This document shows positions 37,311-47,037 of a DNA stretch of 54,989 nt, in pieces; position 1 is the stretch's first letter; each line of letters opens with the position of its first letter. The stretch covers positions 1 to 54,989 of the forward strand of contig JAZDJU010000119.1 in NCBI GenBank assembly GCA_043803685.1, given 5' to 3'. The notes below the pieces were generated by a model. It saw nothing but the letters and a program-made list of their open reading frames with translations. It did no database searches and was not told the origin of the DNA. A program made the translations under genes and the position numbers. Origin of the DNA: Candidatus Omnitrophota bacterium (GTDB lineage: Bacteria > Omnitrophota > Omnitrophia > Omnitrophales > Aquincolibacteriaceae).

Positions 37311-38558
37311 TCAAAAATCATTTGCTTTGCGTTGTTCATTTTTCCCCATATCCGCATAGAGCTTGACCATGGCGTCGGCGATATAACGAATTCCGTCCTT
37401 TGACGGATGACCATCTTGTGGAGACATTGGAAAAAGGGCCAACTGCTCGGTTGAAAGATGTAAATAGTCTCCCAGAAATAAAAGCCTTTGAGGGCCGATC
37501 ATGGAGATCAATTCGCGCGCTAACCGCAGGTCACGGGTCGAGGGCAGCCAGCGGACGTTTTTTTCCATTTCAGGCAGCATCGGCAGATGGACAAAATAAT
37601 AAGGGACCTTTGACCTGTTCAATCGATTGATCGCCGTCTTCAAACCGGGATCGTTCAGAAAAGAAAGTCTTCCTCCCTGGGACCTTGAGCGGCGGATCAC
37701 CGGCTCTCCATAAACAAGTTTATTAAAGAGGAAAGACTGGGGCAGAAAAAAGCGGACGATGTTTCTTTTTAATTCCCCGCGACACACCTCTTTAAAAAAC
37801 GTCTCCATAGGAGCGATCAAAGGATCTTCCCCGCCGTGCTTCATGACTTCGCCGCACCATTGCTTTGTGATACGCCTGTCAAACAGTTGGCCCAGTTGAG
37901 AGTCAAAGGCGTTTTCGTCCGCCGCCGGATCGAAAGCCACATACCAGTAGCCAAGGCTTCCCTTCGTAACGATCTTTCTCCAAAACCTCCTTCGATGAAG
38001 GTCGTCCGTTATAAAAGCGAACAGGATCATATCCGGTTTCCAGGTCTCGATCTGTCCGGCCGCGAGGTCCAGCATCTGCAAAACACCGTAGCCGTCCCGG
38101 CCGAAATTCAGCACTTGCGCATCGGGATCCAATTTTTCTTTTAAGTTTTTCGAGAACAGAGAAACCCATGTCTCGCCATTGTACGGGATCGAAGTGAACG
38201 AATCCCCGAACACGAGGATCCGCGGCCCGCGCTTCCCGGTATCTTCTTGCGCTTGCTTAAAGCCGGTGACATCTGTTTCAAACGTCCCGAATTCGTTGAT
38301 CGCGTATTGAAAATCGCACAAAACGGCCTTTTTGTTCTCGATGTTGACCTGATAGATCTTTTTGGCGGCATTGTAGGAATAGCCGTAGCGCGGGTCATAG
38401 ACGACATAGCTGTCGTTATAAAGATTCGCGGAGACAATCGGCGCGCTGGAAGGACGAAAAAAGACGACCCTGAGACGATAGACGGCTTCAGCCAGAAACA
38501 GCGCGAAGATCACCGAGAAAATAACCAACGCCGTTCGCCGAAGAAACTCTTTGTTCAT
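37311..38558 (-). CDS. Membrane-anchored SGNH/GDSL hydrolase-fold protein (paralog A)
   Basis: 415 aa; FGDSFT, NFGRDGYG, DGHPS; long blocks shared with 31987..33225. Confidence 0.85.
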   Translation of the reverse strand: MNKEFLRRTALVIFSVIFALFLAEAVYRLRVVFFRPSSAPIVSANLYNDSYVVYDPRYGYSYNAAKKIYQVNIENKKAVLCDFQYAINEFGTFETDVTGFKQAQEDTGKRGPRILVFGDSFTSIPYNGETWVSLFSKNLKEKLDPDAQVLNFGRDGYGVLQMLDLAAGQIETWKPDMILFAFITDDLHRRRFWRKIVTKGSLGYWYVAFDPAADENAFDSQLGQLFDRRITKQWCGEVMKHGGEDPLIAPMETFFKEVCRGELKRNIVRFFLPQSFLFNKLVYGEPVIRRSRSQGGRLSFLNDPGLKTAINRLNRSKVPYYFVHLPMLPEMEKNVRWLPSTRDLRLARELISMIGPQRLLFLGDYLHLSTEQLALFPMSPQDGHPSKDGIRYIADAMVKLYADMGKNEQRKANDF

Positions 38559-38594
38559 ACGCGCTCCTCACGAAACCGTTCGGGCAGGATAAGA

Positions 38595-38684
38595 TTAACG
38601 CCTATCTAGCAGGATCATGCCGTGGGACAGCGCCGTGCAGATAAAGAGGGCTGCCAGAATACTGAAAAAAGAGAGTTCGATCAT
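38595..38684 (-). pseudogene. 29-codon remnant duplicating the N-terminus of the 546-aa membrane protein
   Basis: MIELSFFSILAALFICTALSHGMILLDRR* vs MIEISFWNVLAVLFTCTILSHGMILLDNG (20 of first 27 aa identical); 21-nt exact match 38610-38630 = 37097-37117; AAAGG upstream. Confidence 0.8.
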
Positions 38685-38717
38685 GAACCTTTCTTTATAC
38701 GGGAAAGCGCGCGCAGC

Positions 38718-38960
38718 TTATTGCCGGACATTCACTTTCGTTTCGACACATTTTACCAAATCCCCTACGCACTTGAAAGACATGGCCTCTTTCCGCGTGA
38801 AGGTGATCTGAAACCGGTTTTCGACCGCCGCGATCAGCGTCATGTGTGAAAAAGAGTCCCAACCAGCCACGTCGTTCGCAGTCATTTCGGGCCAGATCTC
38901 GATTTCGTCGTCGTTAAAGACATTCTTAATGACCTGGACCAGGGCCTCTGTTACTTCCAT
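38718..38960 (-). CDS. Acyl carrier protein
   Basis: 80 aa from MEVTEAL; GWDSFSH phosphopantetheine Ser motif; 4 nt after the AMP ligase stop. Confidence 0.88.
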   Translation of the reverse strand: MEVTEALVQVIKNVFNDDEIEIWPEMTANDVAGWDSFSHMTLIAAVENRFQITFTRKEAMSFKCVGDLVKCVETKVNVRQ

Positions 38961-38964
38961 AAGG

Positions 38965-40587
38965 TCAAGCCTCCAGTGTGGAAAGATCCCCGGCATCTTG
39001 TCCGAGGTAGCGGGCTTTGAGCGCCCGCCGCATGATCTTGCCGCTTTTGTTTTTAGGAATACCGTCAGTGAAAACGATCTCTTGAGGTGTCGCTATGGAG
39101 GACACCCTGTTGCTGACGTGAAGCCGGATCTTGAGCTCAAGGTCTTTCGACCCCACATTATTACCGCGCAGATGAACGAAGGCCACCACTTTTTCAAATA
39201 AAAGATCGTCCGGCGCGCCGATAACGCCGGATTCCGCCACTTCTCCGATCTCGAGAAGGGCGCTTTCGATCTCGAAGGGGCTGACCAGGTGGCCGGCGGT
39301 GTTGATCACATCGTCGCTGCGTCCTTTAAACCAGTAATAGCCTTCGCTGTCGCGGACCGCAGTGTCCCCTGTGAAGTAATGGTCATTGTGGAACTTTTTC
39401 TGATACGCCGTTCCGTTATGGAGATAGGAGATGAACTTTGACGGCCAGTTGCCCGCGATGCAGAGCCCCCCCCTCTCGTTGTCGGCGACAAGCTCCCCAA
39501 CATCTCCTGTGATCGCGGCCTGGATCCCCTCCACAGGTTTCCCCATCGACCCGGGGCGGATGGCGAGTCCCGGACGATTGGCGATCATGATCCCGCCGGT
39601 TTCTGTCTGGAACCAGGTGTCGTAAATATCCCTGTGGAGTATCTCGCGCGACCAGGCGATGACCTCGGGATTGAGAGGTTCACCGATGCTGAAAATGTGC
39701 CGGAGGGCCTTCAGGTCATAATTTTTGAAAAGCCCTGCGTCTTCCCGTCGAAGCATACGGAGGGCGGTCGGCGCGGTGTACCAGACAGTGATAGATTCTT
39801 TTTCGAGCAGATGGAACCATGTTTTGGCGTCATAAGCGCCTCCAAAGTGGACCTGGGTAATCCCAAGGCTCCACGGCCCGATGATCCCGTAGGAGGTGCC
39901 GGTTACCCATCCCTGATCGGCGGTGCACCAGAAAATATCGAATTCGTTGAGATCAAGGATCTCTCGGGCCGTCTTATTCAGGTGTAAGACGCTTTGGTGC
40001 GCGTGGAGCACCCCCTTGGGTTTCCCCGTGGAGCCCGATGTGTAATGCAGCACGGACGGTGTGCCGGGCCCGGTGGGCTGGGCCAGGAAATCGCAAGAGA
40101 CGCAGTTCATGAGAGCGGAATAGCTCAGAATATCGTCCGCGAGATGCTCCCCAATATCCGTGACGATTACAAACCTCAGTTCAGGCAGCCGGTCACGCAC
40201 GCGAGTGATCTTCTTGAGAAGATTTTTCCGGGTCACGACAACTCTGGCTTCGGCATCTTGCAGCCGGTCAAGAACGGCATCGTCGCCGAAGTTCGAAAAA
40301 AGGGTCCCGACAATGACCTGAAGTTTTAACGCGCCCAGGAAGCAAAAGAACTGTTCGGGGACCTTGGGAAGAAAGGTAAAAAGAATATCCCCTGCGGAGA
40401 ACCCCAGGGAGCGAAGAACATTGGCGAACTTGCTGGATTCACGGTCAAGATCATGAAAGCTGTAGTCAGTTCTTTCCTGGAGAGCGGATATCCAACGGAA
40501 GGCTGTTTTGTCGCCAAGTCCCCGCTCGCACTGGAGGCGAGTACAGATATGTCCGATGTTGTATTGGCCGCTTTCAACGATGTTCAT
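38965..40587 (-). CDS. AMP-dependent acyl-CoA/acyl-ACP ligase (acetate-CoA ligase AcsA-like)
   Basis: Start ATG 40587 (ATGA overlap); YTSGSTGKPKG, WCTADQGW, GEPLNP, DTWFQTETG, PKNKSGKIMRR. Confidence 0.92.
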   Translation of the reverse strand: MNIVESGQYNIGHICTRLQCERGLGDKTAFRWISALQERTDYSFHDLDRESSKFANVLRSLGFSAGDILFTFLPKVPEQFFCFLGALKLQVIVGTLFSNFGDDAVLDRLQDAEARVVVTRKNLLKKITRVRDRLPELRFVIVTDIGEHLADDILSYSALMNCVSCDFLAQPTGPGTPSVLHYTSGSTGKPKGVLHAHQSVLHLNKTAREILDLNEFDIFWCTADQGWVTGTSYGIIGPWSLGITQVHFGGAYDAKTWFHLLEKESITVWYTAPTALRMLRREDAGLFKNYDLKALRHIFSIGEPLNPEVIAWSREILHRDIYDTWFQTETGGIMIANRPGLAIRPGSMGKPVEGIQAAITGDVGELVADNERGGLCIAGNWPSKFISYLHNGTAYQKKFHNDHYFTGDTAVRDSEGYYWFKGRSDDVINTAGHLVSPFEIESALLEIGEVAESGVIGAPDDLLFEKVVAFVHLRGNNVGSKDLELKIRLHVSNRVSSIATPQEIVFTDGIPKNKSGKIMRRALKARYLGQDAGDLSTLEA

Positions 40588-42710
40588 GAAGGATCCGACG
40601 AGCGCTCGTTCGGAAATCCGCTCGTATAGGCGTTCATAAGCGCGGTCGAAAATGGACGATTCTCCACTTTTTGTTCTTTCCACATGCGAAGTATTTCATC
40701 AGCTGTAAGGCGAACGGCCGCCTCCGTCCAGTGAGAATCTGCCTTCTGCCAGTACCAGCTCTCATCGACGCCCTGAGGCAAGCCGTCCTGTTGATCGTAG
40801 GCCAGAACTTTGACACCTTCTTTTCGAAGTTCGCGGATTACCGGCATAAGACGCGAAATATTTAAATCCGGCATGATGAAGATAATGAGATCCATCCCCC
40901 GCTCACTTGCCTTTCGCTGCATCGCCTTCGCCGCATGATAGAAGTAATACCGGCTTTCTTCGGGAGTCAGGACGCGCCCGGAACCATCCAAGGGGGTTAA
41001 ATTGGGCGGGCGTGGAAATGGGGCGTGATTTTCAGCGCCCTTTTGTTGTGAGGCTTCCGGAATCTTCGGCGATACGAGAGTCGTTTGGTTGCGTTCCTCT
41101 TCTTTCGGCATCTTGTCTACACTAAAAACCCTGGCGTTCCTGACTGAAAGCGCACCGGCCGATCGGGAAAATTCGATCTGGATTTTATTCTGAGTGGTCA
41201 GGCGTGGCTTCAAAAAAAGCTGGAATTTACGCCATTCGGGAACGAACTCATATTGAGCGATCACCCCACGTTTTTCCCCCTCGAACAAGAAAATCGAGGA
41301 AAAATCCCCGCTCTGCTTTTCCGTCCGCGCCTCGAAGGTGATCCACTGACCGCCTTCCCCGGGAGTCGGCAAAACAGGCGATTCAACCCGATATTTTTTG
41401 CCGGAGCCGGCAGGCCATTGACGACAGCCTGGATCGGCGACAGCGCTTTCTTTACATAAATCCCCCGCTTTAGTCCATGCATCCATGGAGAACATTAGCT
41501 CATTCCGTTTTTCGACAGGCAACGGGGCGGCATTAATGACTTGAAAATCGCGCAACATGAGGAACTGCCAATCGTCACGCTGGTCGATTTGAAATTCAAG
41601 AATGCTCCCGAGCGCGGTCGGAATTGTAATTTCGAATGTTTTCCATCTCTTGTCGACAATGATTTCACCAAGCGTGCGATAGCCTCCATTTTCAAAAATA
41701 TAAATGCGATGGGGGGATACGGATATTGAATTTTTCGCCTCAAAACGCACGAGGATCTCGCCATCGGCCCGTGCGGAGATGAATCGTTCGGTATGCCAGT
41801 AGCAATTAGACCCCATTGCGCGTATTTTTAAAGCAACCTGAGGCTCTCCAGGCAGCGGTTTAACGGCTCCGGAATCAACGAACCAGGTGCTGGGTCGCCA
41901 TAGAGGTCCTTGCCAGGGAGCGGCGGGGTGCTCGGATCCCTTTAAAAGAGCGCTTGCATCCCGGACTGGGGATACGAAGTCTTCAAAAAATTCCGCCTTC
42001 AGAAAACGGAACAGACTCTGTTTTAAAAATCGTGAGCGGATTCTCTCCAGGCCAGGATTACGGTTCGGGGAATAGAAGTTTGTCGTGAATTCCTGCGTTC
42101 GGTCGTCGACATCCAAGGAGCCATCTGGCATTTCCCGAAAATTAACCAGATGATCGCTGTTCGTGCTCCAGTTGCCAACCTTTGATTCGGCAATCAAACA
42201 ACCCGGCCTTTTCCGTAGAATCTTCGGATCACTAAAAAAAAGCGCAAGCGTATCGTGGCCAAGCGCGTAGGAATAGACGACCTTTTCGCTCCGGTTGCTA
42301 AGAACTTCGGACAAGGTATCTTTTTGATCGAGATAGGACCCGACGATATTCGAGTCGCCATTTACGACAAAGTCATAATGCTTCTTTTTTTCTATTTCCG
42401 GTCGGTTGCGCCACCCGCTGGAATCCGTGAACCATTCCACAGGCTTTGATTCGACCCATTCGGGATTGCCCAATCTGTAGCGATCAGCATACTCTTTGGC
42501 CTTTTTTACATGTAAATTCGGGTAAAAGCCGCCGGGATAACGATAGGCCATCGACGATGCCCCCTCCCAAACGCGGAAGGTGAAAAAATCGACGGGAAGA
42601 ACGAAGATATCCAATATTTCCAGCGCCAAAAAAGGCAGCAATAGCAGCAACCCGCGTGCGCAAAGGCGCCAGAAATCTCGCCATTCGTTAGGCTTAGACG
42701 ACCCCGTCAT
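40584..42710 (-). CDS. AlgJ/AlgX-like SGNH acyltransferase with internal tandem beta-rich (CBM-like) domains
   Basis: 708 aa; N-terminal TM, GDS at VNGDSN, C-terminal DSHWT; two similar internal segments (RFEAKN...WKTFEI and TFEART...WRKFQL). Confidence 0.65.
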   Translation of the reverse strand: MTGSSKPNEWRDFWRLCARGLLLLLPFLALEILDIFVLPVDFFTFRVWEGASSMAYRYPGGFYPNLHVKKAKEYADRYRLGNPEWVESKPVEWFTDSSGWRNRPEIEKKKHYDFVVNGDSNIVGSYLDQKDTLSEVLSNRSEKVVYSYALGHDTLALFFSDPKILRKRPGCLIAESKVGNWSTNSDHLVNFREMPDGSLDVDDRTQEFTTNFYSPNRNPGLERIRSRFLKQSLFRFLKAEFFEDFVSPVRDASALLKGSEHPAAPWQGPLWRPSTWFVDSGAVKPLPGEPQVALKIRAMGSNCYWHTERFISARADGEILVRFEAKNSISVSPHRIYIFENGGYRTLGEIIVDKRWKTFEITIPTALGSILEFQIDQRDDWQFLMLRDFQVINAAPLPVEKRNELMFSMDAWTKAGDLCKESAVADPGCRQWPAGSGKKYRVESPVLPTPGEGGQWITFEARTEKQSGDFSSIFLFEGEKRGVIAQYEFVPEWRKFQLFLKPRLTTQNKIQIEFSRSAGALSVRNARVFSVDKMPKEEERNQTTLVSPKIPEASQQKGAENHAPFPRPPNLTPLDGSGRVLTPEESRYYFYHAAKAMQRKASERGMDLIIFIMPDLNISRLMPVIRELRKEGVKVLAYDQQDGLPQGVDESWYWQKADSHWTEAAVRLTADEILRMWKEQKVENRPFSTALMNAYTSGFPNERSSDPS

Positions 42711-42719
42711 TTGTGATCC

Positions 42720-44279
42720 TTAAAATTGAAAATAAATAAACTGTTGAGTGCCAAAGCGGCCTAGCAACAGAATGCATGCGAATGCGAAAAAATAAACGCC
42801 CCACCGATAGGCAACGTTCCTTGCGGAAAATGCGTTCTCACTGCTTTCACCATGATGATTGTAGGAGATCCCAAAATAGACCGCCGTCAGGATTAACGTA
42901 TAGATGGGCATCCATGCGATCTTGAGCGAAGGTTTTATGAGCCAAAATAATCCGGACGCTTTCAGCGGGATCTTGGGATGATAGATCGGGACGCCGTCAA
43001 ACAGGGCCGCGCGTAAAAATTGAAACATCTCTCCGGGAATGTGGACGATGTTCGCCCAGATCGTCATGGCAACGGAAAGGTTGTCAGCCCGGAACACGAC
43101 CCAAGCCCAACACACCGCCAAAAAGGTCATGACGACGAGCATGCCCTTGCAAAGTTTGGGATGATTCGACAAAAAAGTATGAAGGACAAGCCAACGCGCC
43201 GCCGGCGTGAGAACGTACGTCAAAAGATAAAAAAGACCATGGATCGCGCCCCATATTAAAAACGTCCAGTTGGCCCCATGCCACAGCCCGCAAAGAAGGA
43301 ACGTGACCAGTAACGCGAATGCTGCTCCCCTTTTCCCCCAGGCGCGCTTGCTGAAAGAGAGCGGCATGTAGAGGTAATGATAAAACCACGTGGATAACGA
43401 GATGTGCCATCGCCTCCAAAAATCCGGGATGCTTGTTGAAAAATAGGGCCGGTTAAAGTTCTCGAACAGATCGAAACCCAATACACGCGCCGTACCCCGC
43501 GCGATATCCGTGTAAGCGGAAAAGTCGAAAAAAATCTGAAACGCGAAGGCGAGCGTCGCGACCAGTGCGCTGACGCCGTTGTATTCGCTGGGTGCCGCGT
43601 AGACGGGGTTGACGATGAGCGCAAGATTATCCGCGAGGACGAGTTTTTTAAAAAAACCGAGCAGTATGAGCCTCAGGCCGGAAACGATCCGGCTGTACTC
43701 AAAACGAACCTTGTCCTTCATGTCCGGGGACAGAAAGTTCTTTCTCAGCTGGGGTATGAAGTGCGTCCCGCGCTCGATCGGACCTGAAAGAAGTACCGGA
43801 AAAAACGCCATATAGATCGAAAGGATTCCGAAATGCCTCTCCGCGGGGAGATCCTCGCGGTAAACATCCGTCAGGTAACTGATCCCCTGAAAGGTGTAAA
43901 ACGAGATCCCGATGGGCAGGAGAACGTTGAGGTCCGGAAGAATGAAGCCCAGCCCAAAGTGGGCGGCGAGGGCATTCGACTGAGATTCGAAAAAATTGTA
44001 ATACTTGAACATGAAGAGCAGGCCAAGGTTGAATGCGACCCCGAGGACAAAGATAGATTTTCGCTTCCCTTCATCCTTGAATTGATCGAGCTTGAGAGCG
44101 GCAATATAGTAAGAGAACGTCGACGCCAGGAGCAGCAGCGCGTAGACGGGTTTCCAGGCCATATAAAAGTAATAGCTGGCCAGAAGAAGATGGACCCAGC
44201 GTAGGCGGTTCGGGAGGAGGAAATAAAGCGCGACAATAACCGCGAAGAAGATCAGAAATTCAAACGAAGTGAAAACCAT
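42720..44279 (-). CDS. MBOAT-family O-acyltransferase (AlgI/DltB-like)
   Basis: 519 aa; LPIGISFYTFQ, FDFSAYTDIA, ENFNRPY, FWRRWHISLS, GLWHGANW, C-terminal FIYFQF. Confidence 0.95.
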   Translation of the reverse strand: MVFTSFEFLIFFAVIVALYFLLPNRLRWVHLLLASYYFYMAWKPVYALLLLASTFSYYIAALKLDQFKDEGKRKSIFVLGVAFNLGLLFMFKYYNFFESQSNALAAHFGLGFILPDLNVLLPIGISFYTFQGISYLTDVYREDLPAERHFGILSIYMAFFPVLLSGPIERGTHFIPQLRKNFLSPDMKDKVRFEYSRIVSGLRLILLGFFKKLVLADNLALIVNPVYAAPSEYNGVSALVATLAFAFQIFFDFSAYTDIARGTARVLGFDLFENFNRPYFSTSIPDFWRRWHISLSTWFYHYLYMPLSFSKRAWGKRGAAFALLVTFLLCGLWHGANWTFLIWGAIHGLFYLLTYVLTPAARWLVLHTFLSNHPKLCKGMLVVMTFLAVCWAWVVFRADNLSVAMTIWANIVHIPGEMFQFLRAALFDGVPIYHPKIPLKASGLFWLIKPSLKIAWMPIYTLILTAVYFGISYNHHGESSENAFSARNVAYRWGVYFFAFACILLLGRFGTQQFIYFQF

Positions 44280-44308
44280 GACCGCTCATAGCAATGATGC
44301 TTTACCGT

Positions 44309-45949
44309 TCATTTCGGGGAGGTGAAGAACGCTGAGTGTTTGAGGACCGAGGCCAATTCCGGCCAGTGAGCGTCCCCCGACGAGTCTGCCAGGCAGGATT
44401 TCAAAAGTCCGGTCAAATGCGCCGCATCATGATCTCCCCCGCAGGAGTCGAGAGCTTTCAGACAATCGCCCGCCAGCGCTGAATCCCTGTCTCTGACCGC
44501 AGTCAGGGCCTTGAGCAGCAGGTACTGCGGAAATTGGGAGCAAAGGACCGGGAAGAGTTTTTCAAAACGGTCCAGGATCCCTCGGGCTTCCGAAGTCCTG
44601 TCCTCCAACACCGCCGCTTTGATCCGTTCAATGTAGGGGAAAAGCAGGAACGCGGTTTCTTCGTCGCGGTACTTCTCCGTCACAAAAAAACGGCAAGTCG
44701 TGGCAGTGGAGTTCACGAAACTGAAATGCTCCCGCGCCCACCCTTTGACGTCGACTTCGCTGGGAACTGCCGGGCCGTTGTCCCTGGACGGATTTTTCTT
44801 CGGGGAGGCGAGTTTCAGCCCTTTTTCCAGAAGACCCATCAGAAGCTCTAAAGTTTCACGCTCATAGATCAGCACCTGATCTTTTGTGGCGAAAGGCAGG
44901 CGTTCGGCCCTGTCGGGGATGCAATAGGCCTGGCAGGACATGGAGCTCATCTTGGTGATGAAGTACGGGATCCTGGAGAAGTTCGCGCACGCGGCGAAAC
45001 CGCTGGAGGTGCCGAGGAACAGGTCGCTTTTGAGCATCATCGTAAGCTCATGCCCCAGGCCCATGCCAAAGACCCTAAGATTAAGAACATTAGGAAGTCG
45101 CAACAGCTCCAAGGGCTTTTCAGGGAGTCTGCCAAGAGAAACGAACATCACGTCCGGGTAGCGCTTTCCGGCCTCTGTCAGAAAATCATACCATTCGAGG
45201 AAATCGGAGTCCCTCTCATAGGAATATTCCCCACCGTAGCCCGCGTCAAGCTGACGCAACCGGAGATGGAATGAGACGATCTTTTTTCTTTTCAGGCGCG
45301 TTGAAATGAGTTCGTCGATGTCGGGCGCGCAACCTAACCCGGGACGCAAAAAAGGGATGCATCCTTTTCTCGACGCGTATTCATTGATACTTTCGTGGGA
45401 CTGGATATATTTCGCGAAATAGTCCGTGATCTCCTTTGCGTCATAGCCCTGACATTTGCTGAATATGGTCTTTTTGATCTTAGTGGGACAGATCATTTTA
45501 TAGACTCTATGCAAAACGGGGTTTTTCCGAAGGTTTAAAAATATGGAGTTCGCTATATTCTTGATCTTCCCCAACTTGAAGTGATTCAGCACCTCCATGT
45601 ACTCGACGACTATTTGCGAATTGACCGGATCACCCGCTACAACCTCATTGAGATAAGCAACCATGTCTTCGCGACGGTGAAAAATATGGATATTCCCAAG
45701 GCGGGGATGCGTGCTGAAGGCGCTGTAGAGCTCACTGAAGAACAGGCTGAAATTGTCCCGGTTGATCATGTCTCTCTGGAAAATCGACACAGGATTCCGT
45801 TCGTCAAGGCAGATGCAAATGTCGACCTTTTCCCGCCCGAGATCGTCACAGTCAATGGCGGTCTGAATATTCCATGTCAAGACATCCCCAAGGGCATACG
45901 GGAAAAGCTCGAAATCGTAAATTCCTACGATGCTATCGGGAGATATCAT
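44309..45949 (-). CDS. Hypothetical protein, possible divergent GT-B glycosyltransferase
   Basis: 546 aa; ALGD near N-terminus, FHLR, DLFLGTSSG motif paralleling FFVGNTSG of 5326..6576; helical C-terminus. Confidence 0.5.
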   Translation of the reverse strand: MISPDSIVGIYDFELFPYALGDVLTWNIQTAIDCDDLGREKVDICICLDERNPVSIFQRDMINRDNFSLFFSELYSAFSTHPRLGNIHIFHRREDMVAYLNEVVAGDPVNSQIVVEYMEVLNHFKLGKIKNIANSIFLNLRKNPVLHRVYKMICPTKIKKTIFSKCQGYDAKEITDYFAKYIQSHESINEYASRKGCIPFLRPGLGCAPDIDELISTRLKRKKIVSFHLRLRQLDAGYGGEYSYERDSDFLEWYDFLTEAGKRYPDVMFVSLGRLPEKPLELLRLPNVLNLRVFGMGLGHELTMMLKSDLFLGTSSGFAACANFSRIPYFITKMSSMSCQAYCIPDRAERLPFATKDQVLIYERETLELLMGLLEKGLKLASPKKNPSRDNGPAVPSEVDVKGWAREHFSFVNSTATTCRFFVTEKYRDEETAFLLFPYIERIKAAVLEDRTSEARGILDRFEKLFPVLCSQFPQYLLLKALTAVRDRDSALAGDCLKALDSCGGDHDAAHLTGLLKSCLADSSGDAHWPELASVLKHSAFFTSPK

Positions 45950-45966
45950 AAAAGGTTTTCTCTTTC

Positions 45967-47015
45967 CTATAAGACGATCAATGCACGACCGCTGACTTTG
46001 CCGCTTCGCATATCGGCCACAGCGTCGTTGATATGATCGAACTTGTAACGATCGGTGATCAGTTCGCGCAATTTGAGGGACCCAGCACGATAAAGCTGAA
46101 GGTAGCGCGGAATATCAACCTGCGGAACGGCTTCCCCTCCATGAGAGCCGCTTAATATCTTCCCAAAATGAAGCGGCAACGAATAGATGTTAATGTTATT
46201 TCCTTTTTGGGAACGCCCACCAGGATCACGCGCCCCTGGGGCTTCGTGATCTGATACCCCATTTCAATCATGGCGGGCTGACCCGTATTATCAATGAAGA
46301 CATCCACTCCCGCACTGCCAGCGATATCGAGGATCGCTTGTCGAACATCCCCCCGGCTGCTGTTAAGAACATGAGTGGCGCCCATTTGCTTGGCTAACTC
46401 CAACCTGTTGTCGTATAGATCGATGGCAATGATCGGATGCGCCAAAGTAAGCGCCGCGGCCTGGATCATATTGAGACCGATCCCTCCGGCGCCAAAGACC
46501 ACCACGGATTCCTTGGCCCGGACCTTGGCGTTATTTTCGATAACTCCGAACCCGGTGATAACGGCGCAGCCAAACAGGGCCGCCACTTCAAGGTCGCTAT
46601 CCGCTGGGATGGCAGTGACACGGTTCTCTGAAACAATGGCGTATTCGTTAAAAGTAGTGATCCATCCCGCATTCACCTTGCGACCCTTCCACGTAAAGTG
46701 AGGCGTCCCAGATTCGATGCCAAGCCCTTTCCGCCAGTGCAGAACAACCTTGTCAGAGGGTCTGACATGTTTTACACCGGGACCGGTTTCAAGCACCGTA
46801 CCGGAAGCTTCATGACCCAGAAGATGCGGAAGGAACTTATCTTCCCCTTTTGCTCCGTCGATCTCCCCCAGTTGTGATCCGCAGATACCGCTATAGTGGA
46901 CCTTGACAAGCACCTGCCCGTAATCGAGCGCCTTCGGCAGTGTGACATCGCCGATGACGAGGGGCTTCTTCAGTTCCGTTAGAATCGCGGCACGCATTTT
47001 TTCAGGGAATTTCAT
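45967..47015 (-). pseudogene. Zn-dependent alcohol dehydrogenase (MDR), split by a single-base frameshift
   Basis: Start 47015 (RBS GAGG); ICGSQ, LGHEASG, FGAGGIG. Adding one A to the A5 run (46204-46208) joins ORFs 46152..47015 and 45967..46179 into 349 aa: GVPKKGNNINIYSLPLHFGK...GRALIVL. Confidence 0.85.
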
Positions 47016-47037
47016 GACAACCTCTGTAAACAGCGTC

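Noticed and set aside
38595..38684. Mini-ORF as a DltX-like acyl-shuttle peptide
   Set aside because: Lacks the C-terminal FIYxxF motif, which the MBOAT itself carries; sequence matches the N-terminus of the 546-aa protein instead
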